From Leucoraja erinacea (lineage: Eukaryota): a DNA stretch of 57,926 nt. Location of the stretch: NCBI RefSeq assembly GCF_028641065.1, contig NW_026575267.1:1-57926 (forward strand), written 5' to 3'. A model generated the notes under the pieces. That model was not told where the DNA came from, did no database searches, and worked only from the letters and a program-made list of their open reading frames with translations. Made by a program: the position numbers and the translations under genes. This document shows positions 27,344 to 40,074 of this stretch, piece after piece (within the stretch, counting starts at the first letter, position 1; each line of letters opens with the position of its first letter).

Positions 27344-28954
27344 CAGTGGCTTGCAAAAGTATTCATACCCCTTGACCTTTTCCACATTTTGTCACGTTAC
27401 AAACACAAACGTAAATGTATTTTATTGGGACTTTATGTGATAGACCAACACAAAGTGGCGCATAATTGTGAAGTGGAAGGAAAATGATACATGGTTTTCA
27501 AATTTTTTTACAAATAAAAAACTGAAAAGTGTGGCGTGCAAAAGTATTCAGCCCCCCTGAGTCAATACTTTGTAGAACCACCTTTCGCTGCAATTACAGT
27601 TGCAAGTCTTTTGGGGTATGTCTCTACCAGCTTTGCACATCTAGAGACTGAAATTGTTGCCCATTCATCTATGCAAAATAGCTCAAGCTCAGTCAGATTG
27701 GATGGAGAGCGTCATTGAGCAGCAATTTTCACATCTTGCCAGAGATTCTCAATTGGATTTAGGTCTGGACTTTGACTGGGCCATTCTCACACATGAATAT
27801 GCTTTGATCTAAACCATTCCATTGTAGCTCTGGCTGTATGTTTAGGGTCGTTGTCCTGCTGGAAGGTGAACCTCCGCCCCAGTCTCAAGTCTTTTGCAGA
27901 CTCTAACAGGTTTTCTTCCAAGATTGCCCTGTATTTGGCTCCATCCATCTTCCCATCAACTCTGACCAGCTTCCCTGTCTCTGCTGAAGAAAAGCATCCC
28001 CACAGCATGATGCTGCCACCACCATGTTTCACAGTGGGGATGGTGTGTTCAGGGTGATGTGCAGTGTTAGTTTTCCGCCACACATAGCGTTTTGCATTTA
28101 GGCCAAAAACTTCAATTTTGGTCTCATCTGACCAGAGCACCTTCTTCCACATGTTTGCTGTGTCCCCCACATGGCTTGTGGCAAACTGCAAACATGACTT
28201 CTTATGGCGTTTTTTCCAACAATGGCTTTCTTCTTGCCACTCTTCCATAAAGACCCAATTTGTAGAGTGCACGTCTAATAGTTGTCCTGTGGACAGATTC
28301 TCCCACCTGAGCTGTGGATCTCTGCAGCTCCTCCAGAGTTACCATTGGCTACTTCTCTGATCAATGCTCCTCTTGCCCGGCCTGTCAGTTTAGGTGGACG
28401 GCCATGTCTTGTTAGGTTTGCAGTTGTGCCATACTCTTTCCATTTTCGGATGATGGATTGAACAGTGCTCCGTGAGATGTTCAAAGCTTGGGATATTTTT
28501 TTATAATGGAAACCTGCCTTAAACTTCTCCACAACTTTATCCCTGACCTGTCTGGTGTGTTCCTTGGGCTTCATGATGCTGTTTGTCACTAATGTTCTCT
28601 AACAAACCTCTGAGGCCTTCACAGAACAGCTGTATTTATACTGAGATTAGATTACACACAAGTGGACTCTATTTACTAATTAGGTGGTGGCTTCTGAAGG
28701 CAATTGGTTGCACTGGATTTTATTTAGGGGTATCAGAGTAAAGGGGGCTGAATACTTTTGCACGCCACAATTTTCAGTTTTTTATTTGTAAAAAAATTTG
28801 AAAACCATGTATCATTTTCCTTCCACTTCACAATTATGCACCACTTTGAGTTGGTCTATCACATAAAATCCCAATAAAATTCATTTACGTTTGTGGTTGT
28901 AACGTGACAAAATGTGGAAAAGTTCAAGGGGTATGAATAGTTTGGAAGCCACTG
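27344..28954 (-). mobile_element. Full-length Tc1-family DNA transposon (DD34E), inactivated transposase
   Basis: TA flanks (27342-43, 28955-56), CAGTGG termini, ~210-bp TIRs with internal direct repeats; MKPKEHTRQVRDKVV, GRPPKL, WSDETK, QQDNDPKH, SPDLNPIE; frameshift ~28350 and in-frame TGA ~27787. Confidence 0.96.
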
Positions 28955-29794
28955 TAAATCGCACTAGCTTCTCATTTGCACCCGACAAACAGCTAAGAAT
29001 GGCCTGTTTCTTTTATCATCGTTTATTTTTGCGCATCTTTCGTTCATTGTTCTTTACCTTTCCATATCTCTTGTTTCACTTTTCCCTAACTGGCCTGAAG
29101 AAGGGTCTTGACCCGAAATACCACCCATTCCTTCTCTCCAGAAATGCTGCATGTGCCACTGAGTTACTCCAGTTTTTTGTGTCTATGGACTTCATCCATT
29201 TGTGCAATCAGCTGTACAGCATGGAAACCTTGTCCATACTGTAAAGAGGTGTCATCAACACACTGTCTTTACTTCACTTTATTCATACTGTAACATACAT
29301 TACTGCACTAGCTGTATGTGGTCTGTCACGGGAACTAGAGAGAGATCAGTGGGTGGGGAGGTTGTAATTATACTTGTGATATGGGGAGTGGTTAGTAGTG
29401 GTGAGGTCACTATGTTAAAGGTACATGCACATATCTACACAAACCAACTAAGTTGACATAGTCTTTCACCTACTGTTGGCCCACATCCATCTAAAACCTT
29501 CCTGGCCTTGTATCTGTCAAAATGTCATAATTGTATCCACTCCTATAGATTCTTCTGGAAGCTCATTCCAGATGTGGACGCCACTCTGAATGAAAGTGTT
29601 GCCCTTGAGGTTTCTCTTAAATTTATTCCATCTCATTTTCATCATGTGCCTTTGATTTTTTGAATCCTCTACCCTGGGGGAAAAAAAAAAACTGTTCATT
29701 CAGCTTATCCTGCCCATCAGTTTCAGGTACATATCAAAAAGGTCACTGTTTAGCCTTCAATGCTGCAAAGTATAAAGTCCTAGTCCATCCATCC

Positions 29795-30219
29795 CTGCAC
29801 TGGCCCTGCTTGTAGCTTCTAGAGAGGAATGTGGTGGGGCGCTTACCATTGGTGGTGCAGCGCTTCATCTCATTGGTAATATGAAATAGGCCAATCGTAG
29901 AGCTGCCTCGTTCTCCAATGACCAGACGCCAATAGGAAAACAACCGTCGCTCCACGAAAGAACTGACATTTGGAAAGCCCGCCCAAAAATAACATATATT
30001 TTCAGCAATACCTTAGACTTTAAAACATTAATGACACACTTATGTATGATAATGGATCCCCGCATCCACAGTTGGTCTATTCTGACCTACCAACAAAACA
30101 CACCGAGTGTGAATTAGTTCCATGGTGAGAGACTCCTAAGAATGCATTCTTATTATGTTAAACCGCTAACCTATGGGAACAAGATCGCTCTTTGCATAAA
30201 CGACATTAGAGTATTGACG
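29795..30219 (-). promoter_or_regulatory. Orphan paralog of the H2A copy 1 promoter with no downstream CDS
   Basis: Reverse complement aligns by eye to ~11213-11655 (CCAAT boxes, TCTAGAAGCTACAAG) and then runs into a CR1 fragment. Confidence 0.85.
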
Positions 30220-31029
30220 GTAGACAAAAATGCTGGAGAAACTCAGCGGGTGAGGCAGCATCTATGGAGCGAATAAAACTGTTTTCAAACAAGAGGACAT
30301 GACTTCAGAATTAAGGGACAGAAGCTTAGGGGTAACATGAGGGGGAACTTCTTTACTCAGAGAGTGGTAGCGGTGTGGAATGAGCTTCCAGTGGAAGTGG
30401 TGGAGGCAGGTTCGTTGGTATCATTTAAAAATAAATTGGATAGGCATATGGATGAGAAGGGAATGGAGGGTTATGGCATGAGTGCAGGCAGGTGGGACTA
30501 AGGGAAACAAAGTTCTGTCGGCACGGACTTGTAGGGCCGAGATGGCCTGTTTCCGTGCTGTAATTGTTATATGGTTATATGGATCAACTATTGACGATCA
30601 ATTGTCTAATGACTCTCGGAGCCGTCGCAGCAATGTTTCTCGAATAGAAACCGGGACTCACACGTTCAAAACAACAGAATGCAGTCACTAAAAGGCAGTC
30701 ACTTCACAACTAAAACAGCAGCAGCAACAAACACACAAACACAACAAACACACAAAGGTGTATGAAGATTGAGACAAACTATCGAGAAAGGCGAGGGTGA
30801 AGTTTCTGTTTTAATGAGGAGGGCAGGAATGTACTCGCATCTTGATTATACCGGGTTTGGTCGGCTAATTTGATCAAATTAAACAGAATGAGAACTATCG
30901 CCTGCGAATGAAATATTGAACCAGTTGCATCAATGCGGTGTCCAAATATCAACACAACACTTTCAGTGACACCGTGAGTGAGCAGAGCCATTAGGATTTC
31001 CGTTAGCAGCGTCAGCGCTGTGTGGGTCG

Positions 31030-31071
31030 TTACTTGGAGTTGGAGTGTGTGGTCGCCGCCTTTGTCCCTCC
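31030..31071 (-). pseudogene. Degenerate H2B C-terminal remnant
   Basis: Minus frame reads GGTKAATTHSNSK* versus H2[14 protein letters not shown]; half stem-loop GGCTCT at 30984-30989; paralog at 7026-7061 (+). Confidence 0.7.
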
Positions 31072-31432
31072 AACCGGCCTCATCATTATGGAGATGGTGT
31101 AACTCAGTGTCTGTGGAAGGACTGATCAGCGACTGAGGTGCGCGCGTGCAAAGTGCGTAATAAAGGCGTTTGTTGTCCTTGAACCCGGAGCGCGTGAGAA
31201 AAGGGGGCGCAGAGCATTATGAGCCGTGTTGGCATTTACATCGAAACCAGTTACACTTGACTCACTGAAGTCAGACTCCACTCAGCAGCAGTCTCTTCGG
31301 CATCAATTCAGATATAACCCCGCAGAAAGAAGAGAACATTGATGTAAAAGGACATTAGAAAGCCAAAGCTCTTTCTTCTGCCGGATTAGTGGCTCTTAAA
31401 AGAGCCGTTTGTTGTTGGTGGAGAGGTGGAGT

Positions 31433-31849
<417 letters not shown>

Positions 31850-32703
31850 TCAACAGTGGGAGCACAGTGTGAAATACAGGGACTGAATGACGGATCCGGC
31901 ACTGGGACCCGCTTTTGTAGCGTTGGTGAAGGGCCGGCCCACAGCCTCTGAATGGATGGAGCAGAGATGTCACTCACGGTGTCCCATCCCTGCGAGTGGC
32001 TGCAGGTTTGTCAGCACCAGGCGGCTGTTTCAGAAGGTCTGAGGCGATAGTGGGGAGAGAGGGGGGGAGGGGAGGGAGGAGGGGAGAAGGGTGGAAGCGA
32101 GACAGAGATGTGCAAAGATCCTATAGCAGTTGCTATAGGTTATTTGGAGATGTGTGACCTGCGGGTGGGGTGGGGGAAGCTCAGCCAACCAGAGAGCACA
32201 CACTCAATGAGTGTTATTGGTTGAGGATACATTTTCAAATTGCCCGCCAATTTCGGAGCAGCCGGTAAACGAGGCCAGTCTTTTGTATTATAATTCTGAA
32301 TTCATTCAGATTCTGTCAACATGACATCAAATTCCCTTAAATAGTTGACCGAATATGCGGCGCGGATTTACAGACCGGATCCCGGTGCAGAGGGAATTTG
32401 TCTCTGCCCGTGACTGGAAATAAACAACTGTTACCCGGTGAACGGTTTGGAGTCGACCCTCCTGTTGCTGCATTAATCACGAGGTACATAGGTAAAAGGG
32501 AAACTGACATCGCCTTGTGTATGAGCTTTAATGTCGGCTGTCGATATTATTTGCATCGCTAATGAACGCGGGGATCAAACTAAACACTTTCGTGTTCAGT
32601 GGTTGAACTAAAGGTTTTATTAAAGTGCATCGCAATCTGCTTCCACTTTCATCCCGGGTCACTGCTCTCTCTGTGGTTGGAACCAAGAGCCTTACAAGAG
32701 CGT

Positions 32704-32731
32704 CTGAAGACGGGTCTCGACCCGAAACGTC
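32704..32731 (+). ncRNA. Minimal hammerhead-ribozyme-like motif in a Penelope-derived repeat
   Basis: CTGAAGA-C-GGGT(CTCG)ACCC-GAAA-CGTC; related copies at 29095-29118, 17736-17760, ~10456-10483(-), ~5735-5760(-). Confidence 0.6.
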
Positions 32732-33060
32732 ACCCATTCCATCTTTCCAGAGATGCCGCCTGTCCTGCTGAGTTTAGCTTTTTGTGACTATCTTCAGAGC
32801 GTATCTTCAAATCCACGGCAGTTACGCTTGGCGTGCCCAGTGTCGGTGACCGCATCCCTAATCATATACAGGGAGAGGGGGGTGGGAAGAGAGGGACAGG
32901 GAGTTAGGAGGATGAATCCCGGGTTAATTGTAATGATTTCCGCCTCGCAATGAGCCTGGTCCCGGGATCGCTTGAGTTTAGATCAGCTCTTTTCCGATGG
33001 AAGTGGGTGGCTCTTAAAAGAGCCGTTGGGTTCTGGTCTTTGCAGACAGTGCTTTTTATT

Positions 33061-33735
33061 TCACTTGTTGGTCGCTGCCTTCTTGGATTTCGCCTTCACC
33101 TGGCGTTTTACCAGCTTCTTTGCTGCCTTTTGGGGGTTTTTCGTCGCCGCCTTCTTGGGCGATGCTTTCTTCGCCGCCGTTACTTTAGCCGCTGGTTTCT
33201 TGGCCACAACTTTCTTAGTGGAAACTTTCTTGACCGCTGGTTTCTTGACCCCAACTTTCTTGACCGCTGGTTTCTTGGCCCCAACTTTCTTGACCGCTAA
33301 TTTCATGGGGGTAGATTTTTTTGCCAGTGATTTCTTGGTCGGGGATTTCTTGGCCGTCGGTTTCTTGCTCCTGGATGTCTTGGCTGCTGAAACCTTCGCT
33401 TTCTTTACTGATTTCACGGCCGCTTCTCCCTTGCCGGTCTTGAAGGAGCCCTTGTTCTGGACCAGTAAACCGTTTACTAATCTCCTCTTGATGCACATCC
33501 TGATCAGGTGGCCGTACTTGTCCACATCGACGCTGTTGGCGGCCAGACCCTTCTTTATCGCAAATAAAGACAACCCTCTGCGATCGCGGCAATCCGCCAC
33601 AAGTTTGTCGATCTGTTCGCCCAGCTTGAGACCGGCTGCCTTGCTCCGGGCGGGCGCCTTCTTCTTCTTGGGAGCCTTAGTTTGAGCGGCGGGGACGGCT
33701 TGAGGAACCGCTTCAGCGGCTGCGGTCTCCGTCAT
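33061..33735 (-). CDS. H1: Linker histone H1 (224 aa from MTETAAAE), divergent globular domain
   Basis: Ala/Pro N-tail, globular GLSLFAIKKGLAA...KGSFK, Lys/Ala C-tail; stem-loop 33009-33024; H1-box AAACACA at 33871-33877 (minus). Confidence 0.93.
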   Translation of the reverse strand: MTETAAAEAVPQAVPAAQTKAPKKKKAPARSKAAGLKLGEQIDKLVADCRDRRGLSLFAIKKGLAANSVDVDKYGHLIRMCIKRRLVNGLLVQNKGSFKTGKGEAAVKSVKKAKVSAAKTSRSKKPTAKKSPTKKSLAKKSTPMKLAVKKVGAKKPAVKKVGVKKPAVKKVSTKKVVAKKPAAKVTAAKKASPKKAATKNPQKAAKKLVKRQVKAKSKKAATNK

Positions 33736-33799
33736 ATCGACAACTATGCACAAGCTCTCTCAGATCTGAGTGAGAAATGAAGCGATTGGCGGCGGCACT

Positions 33800-33880
33800 G
33801 AGCAACTTAAAGGCAGCGAGCGGACGGGGCGGAGACATCCTGCTGTCAACTCCCGGCCCCTCCGCCTCGCTGTGTTTCTC
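33800..33880 (-). promoter_or_regulatory. H1 promoter: H1/AC box, GC box, TATA-like TTTAAG
   Basis: TGTGTTT 33871-33877 (AAACACA on minus), GGGGCGGAG ~33826, CTTAAA ~33806. Confidence 0.7.
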
Positions 33881-35929
33881 TGTCTTCAAAAATCATGTAA
33901 TTCCAATTAAAATCGGACAGTTCGGAGAGCTAAACTGGCCTCGGTACCTCTCTGAGACCGGAATGTTTATTGTAGAGTAAGTCTGATACGAATTAAAGGC
34001 AGCGTTTTCCATTTAGCCCCGTTTCACTGATGCACTGAGCGCGTTATCTGTCCACATCACTGACATGCTCGCTGCTTTTCGACAGAAATATCCAAACCAA
34101 CGTAAACTTTGCAGTTAATTCCCACTTCAGGACTGAGCTGGGAAGTGGGGCGATTACCTGCCACTGATATATTTACACTTTTCACCAGAGGGGCTGGGAA
34201 ATCCGTGGAAGTGTTCGGACCCACAAACACAGTGACATCAGCCTGAGCCGCCCGCCCCTTTAATACACTCTCTGACACAATGTTCACATCTACACATTCA
34301 CAGCTCAGACAGTTGGCCCGTTGCACAGTTCCCAGGGTAGGATTACCTCTCCGCTGGACCCATACTGTGGATTCTCGGGGGTTACGTGTAGTTTTACAGT
34401 TCAGTAAACTCGCTGAAGCCGCCGCTCATCAGAGTCTCTGATCCCTGGATTCGAATTCGTCTCGTCTCTTTCTTACATGAGCGACCCTGTATTTTTAAAC
34501 AGTCCAACACCGGACACAAACTCCAGTTGTCGTTTCGACAACTCACTGTATGTAAGAAACGTAATTGATTTACTTTTTTATTTAACGGATAGTATTATGG
34601 TCACTTTCTCCCCACTGACTCTTCAGTCACTTGCTCTGCCTAATCTCCCAATAGGAGACCCAGGATCGCCTCTCTGTCAAGCCCTTCCACATATTGTTCA
34701 CAAAATCTTTCCTGGAATTCTACCCCTTCCATAGCCTCAAATCTATGGCAGTCCCAGTCCCATAAGTTCAAATCACCTACCAGTATAACCCTGTTATACT
34801 TGCAGCTTTCTGCAACCCCCCTCCCCTACATCAGGTAACCCATTAAGTTCACTAATTCACTAATTATTTCTGCGTCTGCTTGCGAATTGTTTCAAATCAG
34901 GCAGCAGGGCCCTAAGATCTCTGTGAACCTCGGGCCTTTGTCATCTCAGTATTTGGAGTTGGTTTATTATTGTCACCTAGCAATATGCTGTGACAACGTT
35001 TATTTTGTATATAATGCAGGCACATCGTACAGTCACAAAATACATGAGTACAAAAAGGAAACAAAGTGCAAGGGGCCACAACGAGGTGGATTGGAAGATT
35101 GGAAACATATGAAAGGTCTGTTCAAGTGTCTGATAACAGCGGGCGAATAGCTAATCTTGAATCTGGTGGTATGTGCTTTCAAACTGTCATATGATCGCCT
35201 GACAGCAGAGGAGAGGAGATAGAATGACCAGGTTGTGAGTGGTCCTTGGATTATGTTGGTTGCTTTCCCGAGGCAGGGTGAAGTGTAGATTAAGTTGATG
35301 GAGCAGGCTGGTTTGTGTTGGACTGGGCTGTTTCCACAACTCTCTGCATTTTATTAAGATCCTGGACGGAACGGCAATCTATGATGCTTCTGGATAAATG
35401 ATTTCTCGGTGGTGCATCAGCAGAAATTGCCAGTCATTGGAGAGCCCCTAGATTTATTTGGTATTCTTTGAAGTAACGGCGTTGGTGTGGCGCTTATCGT
35501 AGAATCAATGTATTTGTTCCAGAACAAATAGTTGGTGATATGTTTGCAGAACATGCTTCTTTTCCCCCCCCAAATTTGATAATTATGTATTCAGATGTAC
35601 AGATTCATACATCCAATAAACAGAGCCTTTGGCCCACCACATCAATGCTGACCTTTTGACCCATCTATATGAATCCCATTTGCTTGCATTGGGACTTCAT
35701 CTTCTGTGTCTTGCCTATATATATCTGTCTGTCCAAATGTGTCTTACACATGGTGACTGTATCCAATTCCACCACCTTCTCTGTGATATTTCAGATATCA
35801 ACCAATCCCTGTGTAAAAAAATACCCCTCACAGTCCCTTTAAATTTCCTTATGCTTTACCTCAAACCTATCCCCTCATGTTTTTAAAATACTGACCATAA
35901 GAAAACAATATTGATTATTTACACTTCCA

Positions 35930-38900
35930 TATAACCATATAACAATTACAGCATGGAAACAGGCCAACTCGGCCCTTCTAGTCTGTGCCGAACACTTACT
36001 CTCACCTTGTCCCATCTATCTGTACTCAGATCACAACCCTGCATTCCTTTCCTGTCCATATACCTATCCAATTTATTTTTAAATGATAAAAACAAACCTG
36101 CCTTCACCACTTCCTCTGGAAGCTTATTCCACATAGCTGCCACTCTCCGAGTAAAGAAGTTCCTCCTCATGTTACCCCTAAACTTCTGTCTCTTAATTCT
36201 CAAATCATGTCATCTTGTTTGAATCTTCCCTACTCTCAATGGAAAAAAGTTTATCCACGTCAAATCTGTGTGTCCCTTTCATAATTTTAAATACCTCTAT
36301 CAAGTCCCCCCTTAACCTTCTGCGTTCCAAAGAATAAAGACCTAACTTGTTCAACCTTTCTCTGTAACTTAGTTGCTGAAACCCAGGCAACATTCTAGTA
36401 AATCCCCTCTGTACCCTCTCTATTTTGTTGACATCTTTCCTATAATTGGGCGACCAAAATTGTACACCATATTACAGAATTGGTCTCACCAATGTCATGT
36501 ACAATTTTAACATTACATCCCAACTTCTATACTCAATGCTCTGATTTATAAAGGCGAGCACACCAAAAGCTTTCTTTACCACCCTATCTACATGAGATTC
36601 CACCTTCAGGGAACTATGCACAGTTATTCCTAGATCCCTGTGTTCAACTGCATTCCTCAATTCGCTACCATTTACCACGTACATCCTATTTTGATTTGGC
36701 CTGCCAAGATGTAGCACCTCACACTTATCAGCATTAAACTCCATCTGCCATCTTTTAGCCCAAATGGCCTAAATCTCTCTGTAGACTTTGGAAATCTACT
36801 TCATTATCCACAACACCACCTATCTTAATATCATCTGCGTCCTTATTAATCCAATTTACCACACCATCATCCAGATCATTGATGTACATGACAAACAACA
36901 GTGGACCCAACACAGATCCCTGAGGCACCCCACTAGTCACCGGCCTCCAACCTGACAAACAGCCATCCACCATTGCTCTCTGGCATCTCCCATTCAGCCA
37001 CTGTTGAATCCATCTTGCTACTCCTGCATTAATACCCAACAATTGAACCTTCTTAAACAACCTTTCATGAGGAACCTTGTCAAAGGCCTTACTAAAGTCC
37101 ATATAGACAACATCCACTGCTTTACCCTCATCAATTTCCCTTGTAACCTCTTCAAAATATTCAAGAAGATTAGTCAAACATGGCCTTCCAGGCTCAAATC
37201 CATGTTGACTGTTCCTAATCAGACCCTGTTTATCCAGATGCTTATATATATTATCTCTAAATATCCTTTCCATTCATTTGCCCACCACTGACGTCAAACT
37301 AACAGGTCTATAATTGCTAGGTTTACTCTTAGAACCCTTTTTAAACAATGGAACAACATGCGCAATACACCAATCTTCCGGCACTATTCCCGTTTCTAAT
37401 GACATTTGAAATATTTCTGTCATAGCCCCTGCTATTTCTACACTAACTTCCCTCAATGTCCTAGGGAATATCCTGTCAGGACCTGGCGACTTATCCACTT
37501 TTATATTTTTCAAAAGTGTCAGTACTTCTTCTTCTTTGAATCTCATAGTTTCCATAGCTACTCTACATGTTTCCCTCACCTCACATAATTCAATATCCTT
37601 CTCCTTGGTGAATACCGAAGAAAATAAATTGTTCAATATCCCTCCCATCTCTTTTGGCTCTGCCGAAAGCAGTCCACTCTGTCTCTATAATGGACCAATT
37701 TTATCCCTTGTTATCCTTTTGCTATTAATATAGCTGTAGAAACCCTTTGGATTTGCTTTCCACTTATTTGCCAAAGCAAGTAAGGAGCCATCTTGGGGAA
37801 CGGCTGCTAGCTAGCAGCCGTCCGTTTTAATTCACTTGTTTTAAAATTTTTAGTGAGTCCCGTTTTTTGTCCGTAGGGGATATGGACTTTTTAATGTGGG
37901 GGGTAGGGGTTAATTTTACTTCTAGGTCCCTACCTGGTCGGTGAGGCAGCTTTTTCTCCAGGCTGCCCCTCCACCCGTCCTCGTGGCCTACCAGCGGGCT
38001 TGGAGCGCCGTTTCCTGGCGGGAGCCGCCCAGCACCTCGGCTTCGGTGGCGGCACAGTGCTGGAGCGCTATCGCGGAGCGGATTGGTCGATGCCTTGCCT
38101 GGGTCGCCGCGCTGGATCGACGCGCTGGAGCTCCGGTGAGCTTTGACCGCCGTGTTCAACACCTCCAGGCTGCGGGTCTGCGGAGCAGGGTGGGCCGTGC
38201 CGTTTTCTACATCGGGAGCCTGGGAGCTCCAAACCGGCGCGGCCTTGTCGGCTTCGGAAGCCGCGGTCTCCAGCTAGATAGTGGCCGTTCCAGGTGGCCC
38301 AGCCGCTGAGAGGACTCTCCCGATGGCGGGGCAAGATCACCCAGTGAGAACGGCCTGGGACATCGGGCCTCCCTAGAGGCAATTGCGGTGGCCTCAATAG
38401 GCCGGACTTTGGGGTTAACTTGGGATAGCGACTGGACATTGTGCCTTCCCCCACAGTGGTGTCCATTCTGGGGGGATGATTTTTTGTCTGTAAGGTAATC
38501 CTGTTAGTCTTTGTCCAAGATGGCTGTCGTGAAGGGAGAGTGGACGCTGGTGCGCTTTAGCTGCCGCTGCTCTCTCTTCACATTGTATTTTTGATTTTTG
38601 TTTTTGCACTGATTTCTGTTTTTAATTTGTGTTTCTGTGATGTCTTTATTATTTATTTTATTCTGATTATATGTTTATATTTCCTTTTAACCTATGTAAG
38701 GTGTCCTTGAGATGTCTGAAAGGCGCCCAATAAATAAAATCTATTATTATTATTATTATTACTACCTTCTTTTAGCTTTTCTAATTTCTTTCTTAAGATT
38801 CTTTTTACATTCTTTATACTCCTCAAGCACCTCAAGCACCTCATTCACTCAATGCTGCCTATAATTATTGTAGATATCTCTCTTTTTCCGAACCAAGTGT

Positions 38901-39960
38901 TCAATTTCCCTTGAAAACCATGGTTCTTTACATTTTTTACTATTTCCTTTCAACCGAACAGGGACATAAAGATTCTGTACTCTTAAAATGTCCTCTTTAA
39001 ATGTCCTCCATTTCTCTTCTACATCCTTCCCATAAAACAAAATGTCCCAATTCACCCCTTTTATATCCTTACGCATCTCATCAAAGTTAGCCTTTCTCCA
39101 AACAAAAATCTCAACCCCAAGTCCAGTTCTGACACTCTCCATAATTATATTGAAACTAATGGTATTGTGATCACTGGATCCGAGGTGCTCCCCAACGCAT
39201 ACCTCCGCCACCTGACCTGTCTCATTTCCTAACAGGAGGTCCAGCACTACCCCTTCTCTAGTATGTACCTCTATGTATTGCTGCAAAAAACTATCCTACA
39301 CACATTTTACAAACTCCAAACCATCCAGCCCATTTTCAGAATGTGTTTCCCAGTCTATGTGTGGAAAATTGAAATCTCCCACAATCACTACCTTGTGTTT
39401 ATTACTAATATTTGCTATCTCCTTACATATTTGCTCTTCCAATTCTCCCCATTTGGCGGTCTTTAATACACCACCCCTATATGTATTGCTACACCTTTCC
39501 CACTTCTCAGTTCCACCCAAATAGCCTCCCTAGACGAGCCCTCTAATCTATCCTGCCAAAGCACTGCTGTAATATCTTCTCTGATAAGCAATGCAACACC
39601 TCCACCTCTTCTTCCTATTCTATCATACCTGAAGAAACAAAATCCTGGAATATTTAGTTTCCAATCACAGCCCTCCTGCAACCATGTTTCACTGATCGCC
39701 ACAACATCATATTTCCAGGTGTCAATCCAGGCTTTAAGCTCATCTACCTTTCTTACAATGCTCCTAGCATTAAAATATACACATTTAAGAAACCCACTGC
39801 CTCTTATTCTCTGTTTATTATCTTTTTCTTCATTCTCCCCTACATTTTGGGTTCGAGTGCTTCCCTTCTCTGCCTCCTGCCTCACACTCTCTCTACTAGC
39901 TTTCCCTATTTGAGTCCCTCCCCCCAACCGTTTAAAGTCTCCGCAGTGGCCTTTGCAAAT
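35930..39960 (-). mobile_element. Near-complete CR1 ORF2 (APE and RT) with stops and frameshifts
   Basis: [43 protein letters not shown]; (ATAACCAT) tail. Confidence 0.93.
37780..38762 (+). mobile_element. ~1-kb GC-rich non-autonomous element with L2-like tail, inserted in CR1
   Basis: CR1 sequence resumes after it; ends TGTAAGGTGTCCTTGAG...AATAAATAAAA-(TAT)n; YY1-like GCCATCTTG and CAAGATGGC motifs. Confidence 0.7.
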
Positions 39961-40074
39961 CTCCCCACCAGGATCTCTTTCATTAATTTTTCGCTGATCT
40001 TTTTCATTGCTTCTGCCTTGGAAACAAGATTTTATGTTGTTCAAGTATCCGTCTTGAGAAAACAGTTTCTATTT

